From Camelus ferus (Eukaryota), in NCBI RefSeq assembly GCF_009834535.1, contig NC_045696.1:11472001-11536000 (forward strand): 64,000 bases of DNA, written 5' to 3'. Position 1 is the first letter of the stretch; each line of letters begins with the position of its first letter. Below, piece by piece: positions 38,795 to 50,310 of the stretch. The notes under the pieces are model-generated. The model was given only the letters and a program-made list of their open reading frames with translations, was not told the origin of the DNA and did not search any database. The position numbers and the translations under genes were made by a program.

Positions 38795-39570
38795 ATGTTT
38801 CCTCAAAAGGTTAAACTTTGGAGTCTGCCCTGTGATACAGCCCTTCCACACCTAAGAGTAGAATTCCCCAAAAGAAATGAAAACATACGTTCACACAATA
38901 ACTTGCATGTAAATGTTCATGGTGGCGTTAGTCACATCAGCCAAAAGGTGGAAACAACCCAAATGTCCATCAGTGGATGAACAGATAAACAAAATGTGGA
39001 TTATCCAGAGAATGGAATGTTATTCAGTCATTAAATGAAGGAAGGACTAATAGACTGCAACAGGTATGAATCTTGTAACATTATGTTATGTTCCTTATGT
39101 TCCCAGCCATAAGGAACCACATATTGTTTCCATTTATATGAAATGTCCAGAATAGGCAAATGCATAGAGACAGAGAGATTAGTGGCTACCAGGGGCTGGT
39201 CAGAGGGGCAGGCATGGAGGCTGACTGCTAATGGGTATGGGGTTTCTTTGGGGGGTTGATGGAAATATTCTAAAAAAATTTTTTTTCTTGGGGGGTAATT
39301 AGGCTTACTTATGTATTTATTTATGTAAAGAAGGTACTGGGGATTGAACCCAGGACCTTGTGCATGCTAAGCATGCACTCTACCACTTGAGCTATACCCT
39401 CCCTCTTTTGAGCTATACCCTCCCCCTCTGAGCTATACCCTCCCCCCTTAAAATTAAATAGTGGTGATAGGTGTACAACTCTGTGAATATGCTGAAAACG
39501 ACTGACTTGCACACTTTAAAATGGTGACTTTTATAGTATGTAAATTGTATCTCAATACAAAATATTTTAA
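38795..39570 (+). mobile_element. Old L1 3' region (L1MB-like), split by a SINE
   Basis: ggtggaaacaacccaaatgtccatcagtggatgaac...tatctcaata. Confidence 0.85.
39279..39447 (-). mobile_element. tRNA-Ala-derived SINE (Vic-1-like) with a triplicated 5' head, inserted in an old L1
   Basis: Same family body; tgagctataccctccc occurs three times in tandem. Confidence 0.9.
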
Positions 39571-40189
39571 ACACGTGTGTGCATATATATATATATACAC
39601 ACACATATATATAATTTCCTTCCTCTTGATTTTTAAGTGAGAATCAATTAAACATCAGCCCTAATCTTTCTCAACAACTCAGAGTAATTATCAATTATAA
39701 TTCCATGAAGGAAGAACAATGCATTTATTGGTGAAGTCAACACTTTCTTGGGAGGAAAAGAGGGCACTTTCCTTTTTCATTTTACTGTATTGTACTGATT
39801 TTATTTCACTCTAGCATGAGAAGTCGGTACCCACCACCAATGGCAACACTGCTAAGAATCCTGTTTCTGTTCACTTTGCCTGCAAAGCTCCTGCTCAGGA
39901 GGAAGCAGGCTGTTGAAAAAAAAAAAAAAAAGGTTGATTTTCATAATAATTTGCAAGGTGGGTTTGGCTTATGGGGAACATCCCTCACTTTCAAAAGCAA
40001 GTTCACAATTCAAATGGTGATTCAATTCAATTGAATAAAACAGCTATTGAACAAAAACCATATGTAAAGCAAATACAATGAAAGCACCATCACTCAGTGA
40101 AAAGCCATTTCATGCCATCTTAACACTGATGCTTCTTTTGGGCACCTGAGTAACTGTTCTCATAACTTTACAAATAATTATAAGAGCAG

Positions 40190-40425
40190 CCAACACTTAA
40201 CAAGTCCGTAACTATGTACCAAACACTCTTCCAAGCTCTTTCCATATATTAACTCATTTCCCCTTACACCAACCATGAGATATATATCATTATTACTCCC
40301 ATTTACAGAAGAAGAGACTGAGGTTCAGAGTGGTTAAGTAACTAGCCCACGCAACTATTAAAGGACGGAGCCAGGATGCAAATCCAGGCACCTCTGGCTT
40401 CAGACACCACTCTTTTAACCCCACA
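40190..40425 (-). mobile_element. MIR SINE relic
   Basis: cccatttacagaagaagagactgaggttcagagtggttaagtaact core. Confidence 0.8.
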
Positions 40426-40581
40426 TTAGCATTAACCCAACTCACAAAACAGTTCCATGAATCGAAAATGTAGAAGAACTGTAAAACATGCTACAAGGAC
40501 TCAGCCTTGTTTGGAGCACACTGTGTCAGCGCCGTCCATTTGGCACGGAGCTGGCGATCAGCAGCACGGCATGGCCCTTAC

Positions 40582-40874
40582 CTGTGGACCACCCCGGCCC
40601 GGTGCAGGTGCTCCACCGCCGAGATGAGCTGTCTGATGTATCTGCGGGCTTCAGATTCCTCCAGCCGCTTCTTCTCATATATCTTGTGCATCAGGTTGCC
40701 CCCAGGACACAGCTCCATGACCAGGTAGTAGCTGTTTTCCGTCTCTAAGATATCGAGGAGCTGGGTGATGTTGGGGTGGCGGATCATCTGCTGGATCTGC
40801 CCCTCTCGCCGAAGGTTTTTGGTGACATAGGTGTCCTTTTTGGCTCTCTTCTTGTCGATGACTTTTATGGCCAC
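40582..40874 (-). CDS. HUNK: HUNK coding exon (exon 2, 293 nt): VAIKVIDKKRAKKDTYVTKNLRREGQIQQMIRHPNITQLLDILETENSYYLVMELCPGGNLMHKIYEKKRLEESEARRYIRQLISAVEHLHRAGVVHR
   Basis: VAIK catalytic lysine and alphaC Glu; acceptor tttag|GTG, donor CACAG|gtaagg; peptide matches HUNK as recalled. Confidence 0.97.
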
Positions 40875-42794
40875 CTAAAGAGACACCAGGAATATGGCTG
40901 CACTCAGACACTGCAGGCAAAATTTATTCCCTGACCATTCACAAAGCCTTAGGAAAACACACAGCGACTCCTCTGCACCAGGAGAAAACCTTATCTGAAA
41001 TAGCATCAAGGGAAAAAAAGAAAAATGGAACATCAGCAAAGCTCTAAAGATTCAATTATTAGAGAAAAGAATGAAATTTACTTAAGCAAACTTGAATGGT
41101 TGACTGAAAGGCTCAGTGAAGAGTCGGTGTCAAACCTGGTTCTCCGCAAGGTGAAAACATAAATTCTCCTCCAGCAAAGGCCCCTCCCTACTCCCTCTCA
41201 GGCCTCAACACCATCCCTCAAGGTTGCCCCCCCCCCAGCGCCTCCATTTCTGAAACACCAAATCCGCCCCCATCTTCAGTTCGAGGGCATGGTTCGGGAG
41301 CTGGGGGTGGCAAAGCCCAGTGATGCAGCACCCCGCCCCTCCCCCTCAGGCCAGGCGGCCTCTGCCCTCCGATGGTTACCTCTTCCCCTTGTGATCGCTG
41401 CACAGGTTAACTCTTGGCCCTAAGCCAGGCCCCAGCCTGTTGCTGCCCCAGAGTCCCATCTCAACTGCCCATTGGACATTCTCCTGGGCCACTTCCCTCA
41501 CAACCAAAATCACATGTGTGGACCTCCCAGCATTGTATAAAGACAGGGAAAGACAGAGGGAGGGAGAGGAGAATGGACCTAAGGACGGAGGGATGGAGAG
41601 GAAGGGAAGATCGTCTTCTGCCCAAATCTGCACCCTTCCCCACTCTCCCCTGTCTTTTGACGGCTGTCACCAGTCCACTCACCTGGCCTTGAAACACACC
41701 ACTGGTTGCCCTCCTTTTGCCTTATATCTTCACTCCTCTTGAATGTGACCAGCCACATTGATTCCTTCTGCTGACCGCCTCCCTCACTTTTCCTTCCTCT
41801 CTGTTCCCACGCAGATCGGGTTCATTAAGGACCTTGCCTCATAGCACCCGGACGCGCTGTCTCTAGCAAGATGCTGGTAACCCAAGGAACATTCTCATAC
41901 AAGGTACTGACTCACTGGGCCCCAGGACGAAAACAGTGGGCCTTCCATGTCTGTTTACTTCCTTTTTTTGTAACTGCTTCATAATGCACTCAATGTATAA
42001 GTACAGAAGTGATCAATCAATAGAAGATTGATAAACGACTGACTGACTGGTAGGTAGACAGATACATGTTTGCAGTGAGGGGTTCAAAAGTTATTTCCTT
42101 GACATAGGTTTCTGATTAAAAAAGTAATAAAAGTCTGGCCACCACTAGCTTGGACTATGACATCAATATATTCCTCCTGGACCCCTGAATACACTCTATG
42201 CTCTGCCCTGAAATCAGGTCTAAAACTCTGATTTCCTGCTTAAAGCTCTCTGGAGGCTCACTGCCACCCACAGGTCCACAACCCCAGCCCAGCCCCATGG
42301 ACTCCAGCCCGACTCCCAGCACCCAACACAGGTCTCCTCCCAGAACGCTCAGTTACGCTCCAAGCTTGTACTCACACCACCCCTTCACCCATTCAAATCC
42401 CCTCTCCTGCAGAGGCTAACCCCAGTCCCACCGCCTTCTAGAAAGTCTCTTTACCTCTCCTTCCTTACGCTCCCACCACACCCACCACTTACGATACCAT
42501 TTAAAGCACCCATCCCTTCCTGCGGGGACCCTCCTCTCTTCACCTCACATGGTACTTTGTAAACAAGTGACCACTTGGTCACCAACTGAGGAAATCAGTG
42601 AACTTTTTTTTTTTTTTGGATCATTGAAGCAAAAATAGGCTATAAACAGCTTCATCTGTTCTCTCTTCTGGAGAACAGTCTTTTTTGTTTGTTTGTGTTT
42701 TGTTTTCATTTATAAATTTAAACACCCTTCCAATTAACATCAATTTAATGGACCAACATTTAAACATTTAATGTTTAGAGAACAGTCTTTTTTT

Positions 42795-43098
42795 TCATTT
42801 TTAGTTTTTGAGTTGAGATATAGTTGACATATAACACTGTATTCGTTTCAAGTATCCAATAAGGATTTGGTATATGTATATACTGGGAAATATTTATCAC
42901 AATAAGTTTAGTTAACATCCATCACCATCATTACAAGTTTGTGTGTAGGATGAGAACTTTTAAGATCTTCAGTGTTAGCAACTTTCTAATGGACAATACA
43001 GCATCGTTAACGATATTCATCACATTTTACATTACATCCCCAGGACTTCTTTATCTTATAACTGGACGTTTGTACCTTTTGATCACCTTCGCCCATTT
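42795..43098 (-). mobile_element. L1 3'UTR fragment (L1MA-like)
   Basis: gagatatagttgacatataacactg...tacattacatccccaggact; similar to the copy at 21765. Confidence 0.8.
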
Positions 43099-43292
43099 TA
43101 ATGGGGATTTTCAGACCCATTATGACTAAGAGGGGATAACAGAGCCACTGGACCACACAAGCCGGGTGCCTGCACTGTCCCAGGGCAATGTGAGGGTGAT
43201 GCTGTCCACTCACAGAAGCGGGCTGTAGTTTGACCCCCCCTAGTTCAACAGATACTAGACTAAAAGCTTTTAAAACTGTACACATTTGTGAC

Positions 43293-43300
<8 letters not shown>

Positions 43301-43350
<50 letters not shown>
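43301..43350 (+). repeat. (TA)25 microsatellite
   Basis: Read directly. Confidence 0.95.
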
Positions 43351-43354
<4 letters not shown>

Positions 43355-43585
43355 CATCATCTTGTAGGGGGGTGGAGAGAAAGAGGGATGCTGGAAAGTA
43401 CAATAAGATTCCGTCTTTGCTCGAGTCTATGTTACAATGTTTTAAAAATTACACCCTTTGGCAATGAAACTCTTAAAAGTACTATGAATAAACAACAGCC
43501 TGAAAGCCCAGCAGTAATACGATCTGCCTTCCCTAACAGAGCACACGATTATCATTAGGATATTCTGCTTCACCCTTTAATTGCC

Positions 43586-44041
43586 TGTAGCAGGTTATAT
43601 AACAGCTACCCAGAGACACTAAGTCCCCATCCTTGGACCACGTAAATGTGACCTTATTTGGAAAAAGGGAAGGATTTTGAGATGAGATTAACCTAGATTG
43701 TCTGGGTGCACCCTATCTGTCAGCACAAGTGTCTTTATTAAAATAGAGGCAGTGGGAGATTTCACACACATTCACACAGACATCCAAGTGATGAAGGGGG
43801 CAGAGATGGCCGTGATGGGCCACAAGCCAAGGAGTAATGCAGCCACCAGAGGCTGGCAGAGGCAAAGGACGGATCCTCCGGAGCCATCAGAGGGAGCACA
43901 GCCCTGTCGACACCTTGATTTTGTTCCAATGAGATTGATTTTGGACTTTTGGCCTCCAGAACTGTGAGAGAATAGATTTCTGTTGTTTTTAAGCCACTCA
44001 GTTTGTGATAATTCATTACAGCAGCACAGGACACTAACACA
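43586..44041 (+). mobile_element. MaLR solo LTR (MLT1C/D-like)
   Basis: aatgtgaccttatttggaaaaagg...ggcctccagaactgtgagag...actaacaca. Confidence 0.85.
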
Positions 44042-45805
44042 CCAGGTGTGTGCCCCACCACCCTCTGACTTCTTGGTTCCCAAGTTCTACTGATTCTCAG
44101 AGTCCCTCAGTGAAAAACCTGGACCCTTAGGCAGCCTTACCTGGAGAAGGTTTCCTATAAAGCCCTCTCTCTATTTTTAAACACCCTTTCTTGTAAGCAT
44201 CCCTAAACTTGTAAGCTCTGCACTGATAATGCTGCAAATAGAATGCCATTCTTGATTACACAAAATCATTTCATCAACTTCAATTGTAACAATCAAAATG
44301 GGAAAACTGAATGGGAAATGAAGGAAAAGGCAATGATCAATGATTACCAAAGGGAAGCATCTAATTTAATTTGACAGTAATCAGAGACTTACAGGCACTG
44401 ATCCTACCAGGGTGGAGCCCAGTGTGATGATGGGTCTCTAGCTGAAAAGATAAACTGCTTTAGTGAGGAGAGTTTTAAAGATTAAATCTGCGCGGACTGA
44501 CTGAGGACCAAGTCCAAGGACTAGACTGGAACTCCCAACCTGGTTCTCTTCAATGGATCCCAGTTGCAAAGCCTCCTAAAATTTTACAGAGGAATCTGTT
44601 TTCACAGACTGGCCCCGTATTTCCAATGGCGGGAAATTAGTAGCAAGAGAATGACACGGCTCCTGAATAGCACAGCTGAACAGGATTATTCAGCAACTTC
44701 CCTCAGTGTGAAAAGAAGTTGCACTTTTCACAATATGGCAAGTCCCACCTCCCACCACCAGAAAAATACCTACCAGTGATGGACAAGATCAGTAAACTTT
44801 TAAATAGCTAAGCCCATAAGAAAGAAAAGGAAATCCCCAAAGGCCAAAAAAAAAAAAAAAAAAAAAGAGCAGATTTAAGAGGAAGAGGCAGCACCTGTGG
44901 GGCAGAGAAATAGAAGATACAGGAGAGAAGGGAAGACTTCAGGCAAGGAGTTCCTGAGGGAGGAAAGGAACAGGGGGAGGAACTCCTCTCTGCAGGGAAG
45001 AGGGGCACCACTGTCCCCCACCGTCCCCACCGCAGGAAAGAAGGAACGGGAGTACGTGGATCCCAGGTCATTAGGAGAGGGGCCAGCTGCAGAAAGGCAT
45101 TCACGCTTCACGGCCCTGGCTATGTATCAGGAGAAAAATTCCAGCATAGAATTTTACTTAGGATGCACAAAGGCATATGGCCCCGGTCACGGCTCACACC
45201 TCCACAAACCAATCGGTACCTGAGATAACGTACTGTGTAAAGCACTCAGAACAACATCTGACACCTAGTAAATGCTCCTGAAATTGATGCCCCTATTATC
45301 ATTACCATTTTACTTTCACTGAGGCAACCTGTAGAGAGGGCGAAAAGCATTCAAGCTAAGTTCAGCTAAGAAAAAAAAAATGTGACTTCCTTGACCCGGT
45401 GCTTTAGCATATTACAAAGAAGAAGGAGAAGCCTGAACTACATTTCAGTGTTTTGAACTCTCTGGAATAGAGTCACTTTTAAATCCCAAGGCAGCGGTTT
45501 AATATCAGTCTAGTCTCCCATCTTCTTTAAATATTGACTCAGTGGAGACTGTCTACATGGGATCAGAGTTAACAGGATTTAAAACGCATCCCTTCATCCC
45601 GAGTCACCCTTCACTGCCTTTAAATTCATTCCTCTGCAACACATCAAGGATTGTTCATGTAGCCAATCTCCAGAATGAAAAGGCAGATGTAAAACGGCTG
45701 AGGAAGGAAACCCCTGATCAAAGACACTGCTCTTTAAAATATCACAAAAACATATATGTTTACCCATTAGACAATGTATCATGTGTTTTTGTAAGTTCAG
45801 TCTTT

Positions 45806-46040
45806 CTTTTTTTATTTATTTAACATTTTTTATTGAGTTATAATCATTTTACAATGTTGTGTCAAATTCCAGTGTAGAGCACAATTTTTCAGTTATACAT
45901 GAACATACATATATTCATTGTCACATTTTTTTCTCTGTGAGCTACCATAAGATCTTGTATATATTTCCCTGTGCTATACAGTATAATCTTGGTGATCTAT
46001 TCTGCATTTTGAAATCCCAGTCTGTCCCCTCCCACTCCCT
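45806..46040 (-). mobile_element. L1 3'UTR fragment, lineage-specific type
   Basis: Poly(T), then ttacaatgttgtgtcaaattccagtgtagagc...ccctgtgctatacag; TSD-like agttcagtctttct / agtttggtctttct. Confidence 0.8.
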
Positions 46041-46132
46041 GAGTTTGGTCTTTCTCTAATCAAAGTGCTTTTATACCGTGAAATCTTAAATAATCAGAAC
46101 ACAAAGAGAATAGGAGGCCCTGATCAGCTGGA

Positions 46133-46266
46133 TTTTCTTTTTTTTTTTTTTTTTTCAATTTTGTTATAGATTTTTTTCATTTTTTCTAATGAAAGTCCTG
46201 GGGATTGAACCCAGGATCTCATGCATGCTCAGCATGTGCTCTACCACTGAGCTATACCCAGCCCCC
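46133..46266 (-). mobile_element. tRNA-Ala-derived SINE (Vic-1-like)
   Basis: tRNA-like head, poly(T) on plus strand, TSD-like ctggattttcttt / ctgaattttcttt. Confidence 0.9.
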
Positions 46267-46514
46267 TGAATTTTCTTTTTACATGGAAATTAGCCAAAAA
46301 GAGATTTGTTTCCAAAACATGTTGGTTTCTTAATGAATACTACATGTTAAACGCAAATGAATCTTTTCTTCTTCAGCAAACATTTATTAAGCACCTAAAA
46401 TATACCTGACACTGTCCTACGTGCCAAACGCACACTATGAAAGAGATGTGGACCTTCAGGCCCATTTGCAGGGATAATTCAGATTTTGTTATAGTGGCTT
46501 AAGACAGCCACTCA

Positions 46515-46890
46515 TCATGGGCTGCACTGTGTACCTCCAAATTCACATGTTGAAGCCCTAACCCCTAACGTGACTATATTTGGAGATAGGGCCTTTAGCA
46601 GTAAAAAGATTAAATGAGGTCATAAGAGCGGTAGGACTGCTGCCCATGCAAGACAAGGAAGAGATACTGGAGATCTCTCTGCCCACATATGCACAGAGGA
46701 AAGGCCATGTGAGGACACAGCAAGAGGACAGCCACCTCCAAACCAAGGAGGCACGCCTCACCAGAAAGCAGCCCTACCAGCATCTTGATCTTGGACTTCC
46801 AGCCTCCACAGCTGTCAGGAAACAAATGATTGTCATTGAAGCCACCCAGTCTGTGGTCTTTTGTTATAGCTGGCCAAGCAGAACAGACCG
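46515..46890 (+). mobile_element. MaLR solo LTR (MLT1A/B-like)
   Basis: aaattcacatgttgaagccctaacccc...ggccatgtgaggacacagc...ggacttccagcctcca. Confidence 0.85.
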
Positions 46891-49469
46891 TCTGAGCATC
46901 ATACAGTTCTAAGGGTTCCCTTGCCCTGCAGAAGAGCCTGACTCTAAGTAAGAACCAAGGGCTAGCGTCCATTCTCCAAGGGCCGGGGTCAGATCTGATG
47001 GCCCCTTTCCTGACATCACCCTGCCTTCCACACTGTGGAAGTTCAGATGATGGTCCGGCACAGCAGCTGGGCACCCAGGCTCCAGGGATGGGCGCCTTGA
47101 CCTCAGAGCCTGCCTCTGCCACCTGAGTTCCTTCACTGTTATAAAAACTGAGGCAGAGAATAGTGCCTACCTCACAGGGATGTTGGGGATATAACTGAGG
47201 AGACCCAGGAAGGATGCTGAGTGCTGGGCACATTCATGGGAGCCCTCAATAAGGGTCCACTGTTAGGATTTGCATATTTTGTGCAGGAAGAGTGAGTAAA
47301 AGCAGAAGCCAGGAAGCCCCCGTCACCCAGCTCCCATCCCCATCACTGCCTAAGTCCTTGCCAGGGTCCCTGGTGCCTCCTGACCACCCAGTCCATGAGG
47401 TCACTCCCTCTCCTTGCCGTCTGCGGGCCTTGCACCTCCTGTTCTTCCTCCCAGCCCAGCCTTCCCGAGGGTCTCCTCCCTCCTCACATTAGGGATGTCC
47501 CATCCATCTCTTCCACTTCCGTGACTCCTATGGCCTTCCATATGCTGAGAAGTGCCAACTCCTCCATCCCGCTCATACCTCTCTCCCGAGCTCTGACGGG
47601 CCTGTGGATATCTCCATCTGGATGGTCCATGGGCTTCCAAAGCCATCACTTACCCCTGTTCCTCCCTGAGGCTCCCCAGCTCAGCCCAAGATACCTCCCT
47701 CCACAGGCGCCCTTGAACCCCAGCTGTGTATCCTCCCCCACCCACCGCACTCCTAGTCCCACAGCTCATTCATCACCAGGGCCTGTCACCTCCACCTCTT
47801 AAAATCTGTCCTCCCCATTCCCCTCCACTGCGTGCTGCACCACCATCCTCTCTGGCCTGGATGGGGCTCCTCTCCCTACCTCCGGTCTCCTATTCCTGCC
47901 TGGAATCCCCTCCCACCCAGCGCTCTCCATCTGGCCAACTCCCACCTCCCAGTCCTCTCTCTGACCTCAGATTACAGTTGGCTTCTCCCCTCCAGACTGG
48001 CTCGTGTCACCCTGCACTTACTTCCCCAGCTGTCACACCCATCACACACACACTCTGAACAACTGGGGACTCCCTCCCCGCTGTCATTTCCAGGAAAGCA
48101 GGAGTTGTCTGGCCTCCTTACTTTTGTGTTCCCAGCTTCCAGCCCTGGGCTTGGCTCATCAAGACCAAGGACAGGAAGGAAAGAAAGAAAAGAAAGAACA
48201 AAAGATCCCCCCAATCTGCCATGGCCGGTCAGGATGGTGAGTTTGGGGCCATCTCTACGCCTGCCTTGGGTAACCTAGCCCCTCAAGCCCTCGCCTTCCT
48301 CAGCGACAACACAGGGGGACCAAAATCCTTCCCTTCAACCATTAGAATGATCAAATGTGATGCCACCTGTGGACGTGGTTTCAGCTCATGTGTGACTGTG
48401 GTGCAGAAACACAGCCCCCACCCCCCACTTCTCAGAGAGCCTTCCCTAACCGGCCTGATTAGAGCTGCTCCCACGCCCTCCCCCCACCTCCCAGCCGGCA
48501 GCTTCCACAATCCCTTTACTCTATATTCTGCTTTTCCACTGGGCAACAATAGGACGTTCCTCCTCCCCGGCACACATTTCTCCCACTTCCAGATCCCCTC
48601 CCTAGATTCTGGAATTAGCCCTGCTGGATCCTTCTTGCTCTTCTTCGAGCCTCATCCTTTTACATAGAATACTCTTCTAGAACCCCATTCCTGGCACCAG
48701 CCCCCATTGTCACTGCAAACATCACTCACCCTTCCATGCCCAGTGCCTCGCAGTGTCAGGAACAGAGAAGCTCAATAAACACGTACTGGACCAAGAACAC
48801 AGCCAACGTCTGGGCAAGTTAAGGAAAGAGGAAGGAAGGGAGGAGGCCAGGGGAGAGGGAGGGTGGACAGGTGGCCACAGCACCCCCATTACATGCATGC
48901 CTTACAGAAGCCAGACAACGCACACTAAGGTCTCCTGCTAGAATACAGATCAGATGACCCTGAACAAACAGTATCCCTGGTGACCCTCTCGGGTGAGCCA
49001 GAGCAGAGACTGAAACTCAGGACCACTGCCAAGCTAAAGGCATAGGGACAGTGGTCTCCTGCTCACCACATGTGGACCGCAGCTGTACAGCCATCTTGCT
49101 GCAGAAAGCAGGTTCTTACTTCCTGAAAGTCTGGCTGAGAGCTGGGAGAAGTCACTACGGGGAAGGGGTGCTGGAGAAGATAGCCATGATCTGCGTTAAA
49201 GCCTGCTTTCTGGGCACCTGGCATCCATCAGGGAAGCAGCCTCATTCTCTCATCAGCCACGCCCGTGTGCCCTTAGTTCCCTCCCACCCCAACGTCTAAT
49301 TCTGGGCTGTACCCCTGCCAGGTACACCCTTTCTCCCCCCTAAGCTTGTCTGAACCATCTGTCACCTTCTCTAGAACAGCTAATCTCAAGGGACAGGAAA
49401 GTTCTCCCAAAGCAAGAACCAACCAGAATCCCATGTCTCCCATAGACTGGAGACCCCACACACAGCTGC

Positions 49470-49880
49470 CTACGTCTCTGACCGCATCCCCCTCCAGTCT
49501 CCTCATTCTCTCTGCTCAACCACTGGCCTCCCTGCAGTTCCTAGGATGTGACAGGTGTATTCCCGCCCTGGCCACAGACTCACTCCCTCGCCTCCAAGAC
49601 TTGCCGAGGTGTCACTTCAGAGGGGCTCTCCTGACCCACCTAGTGACAGCCACACCCACCCGGCACTCACCATCCCCTTCCGTCTGCTTGTCCCCCTCAT
49701 ACTTATCCCTTCTTTAATCCTACAGAACTCATCTACTGAGTGTAGAACCTGCTTGACCCATGGCAGCTCCCAGAGGGAAGAACAGTCCTCTGTCTCCTCC
49801 GCTGTCATTTTCTAATCATCCAGAAGGGTCTCTGGCTCATGGACAACACTCAGTGAATACATCTTGAATGAACGAAAGAA
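49470..49880 (+). mobile_element. L2 3' relic (further L2-like relics near 8750-8950, 18480-18670, 35500-35780)
   Basis: Pyrimidine-rich L2-like body ending actcagtgaatacatcttgaatgaacgaa. Confidence 0.55.
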
Positions 49881-49930
49881 TAAATGCAAGTGCAGTTGGG
49901 AGAAATGATTCTATTAACTATGTCGGAACC

Positions 49931-50310
49931 TGTTATGGACCGAATTGTGTCTCCCCTCAACTTCACATGTTAAAGATTCAACCCCCAAGGTGACTACTTG
50001 GAGTTCGGTCTTTACAGAGGTAATTAAGGTGAAGTGAGGACATAAGGGTGGGGCCCTAAGCCAATAGGACTGGTGTCCTTGTAAGAAGAGGAAGAGACAC
50101 CAGGGATCTGCCCACACAGAGAAAAGGCCATGTGAGGACACAGCAAGAGGACGGCCATCTGGGAGCCGAGGAGAGAGGTCTCGGGAGAAATCAAACTGGC
50201 TGACACCTTATTCCTGGACTTCCAGCCTCCAGAACAGCGAGACATTGAATGTGTTGTTTAAGCCACCACGCTGGAGTATTTTGTGGTGGCAGCCTGAGCA
50301 GACTAACACA
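49931..50310 (+). mobile_element. Complete MaLR solo LTR (MLT1A/B-like) with a perfect 5-bp TSD
   Basis: gaacc|TGTTATGG...CTAACACA|gaacc. Confidence 0.92.

Noticed and set aside
46610..47233. 207-aa minus-strand ORF
   Set aside because: Runs through MLT1 and MIR-like relics; no coding signature
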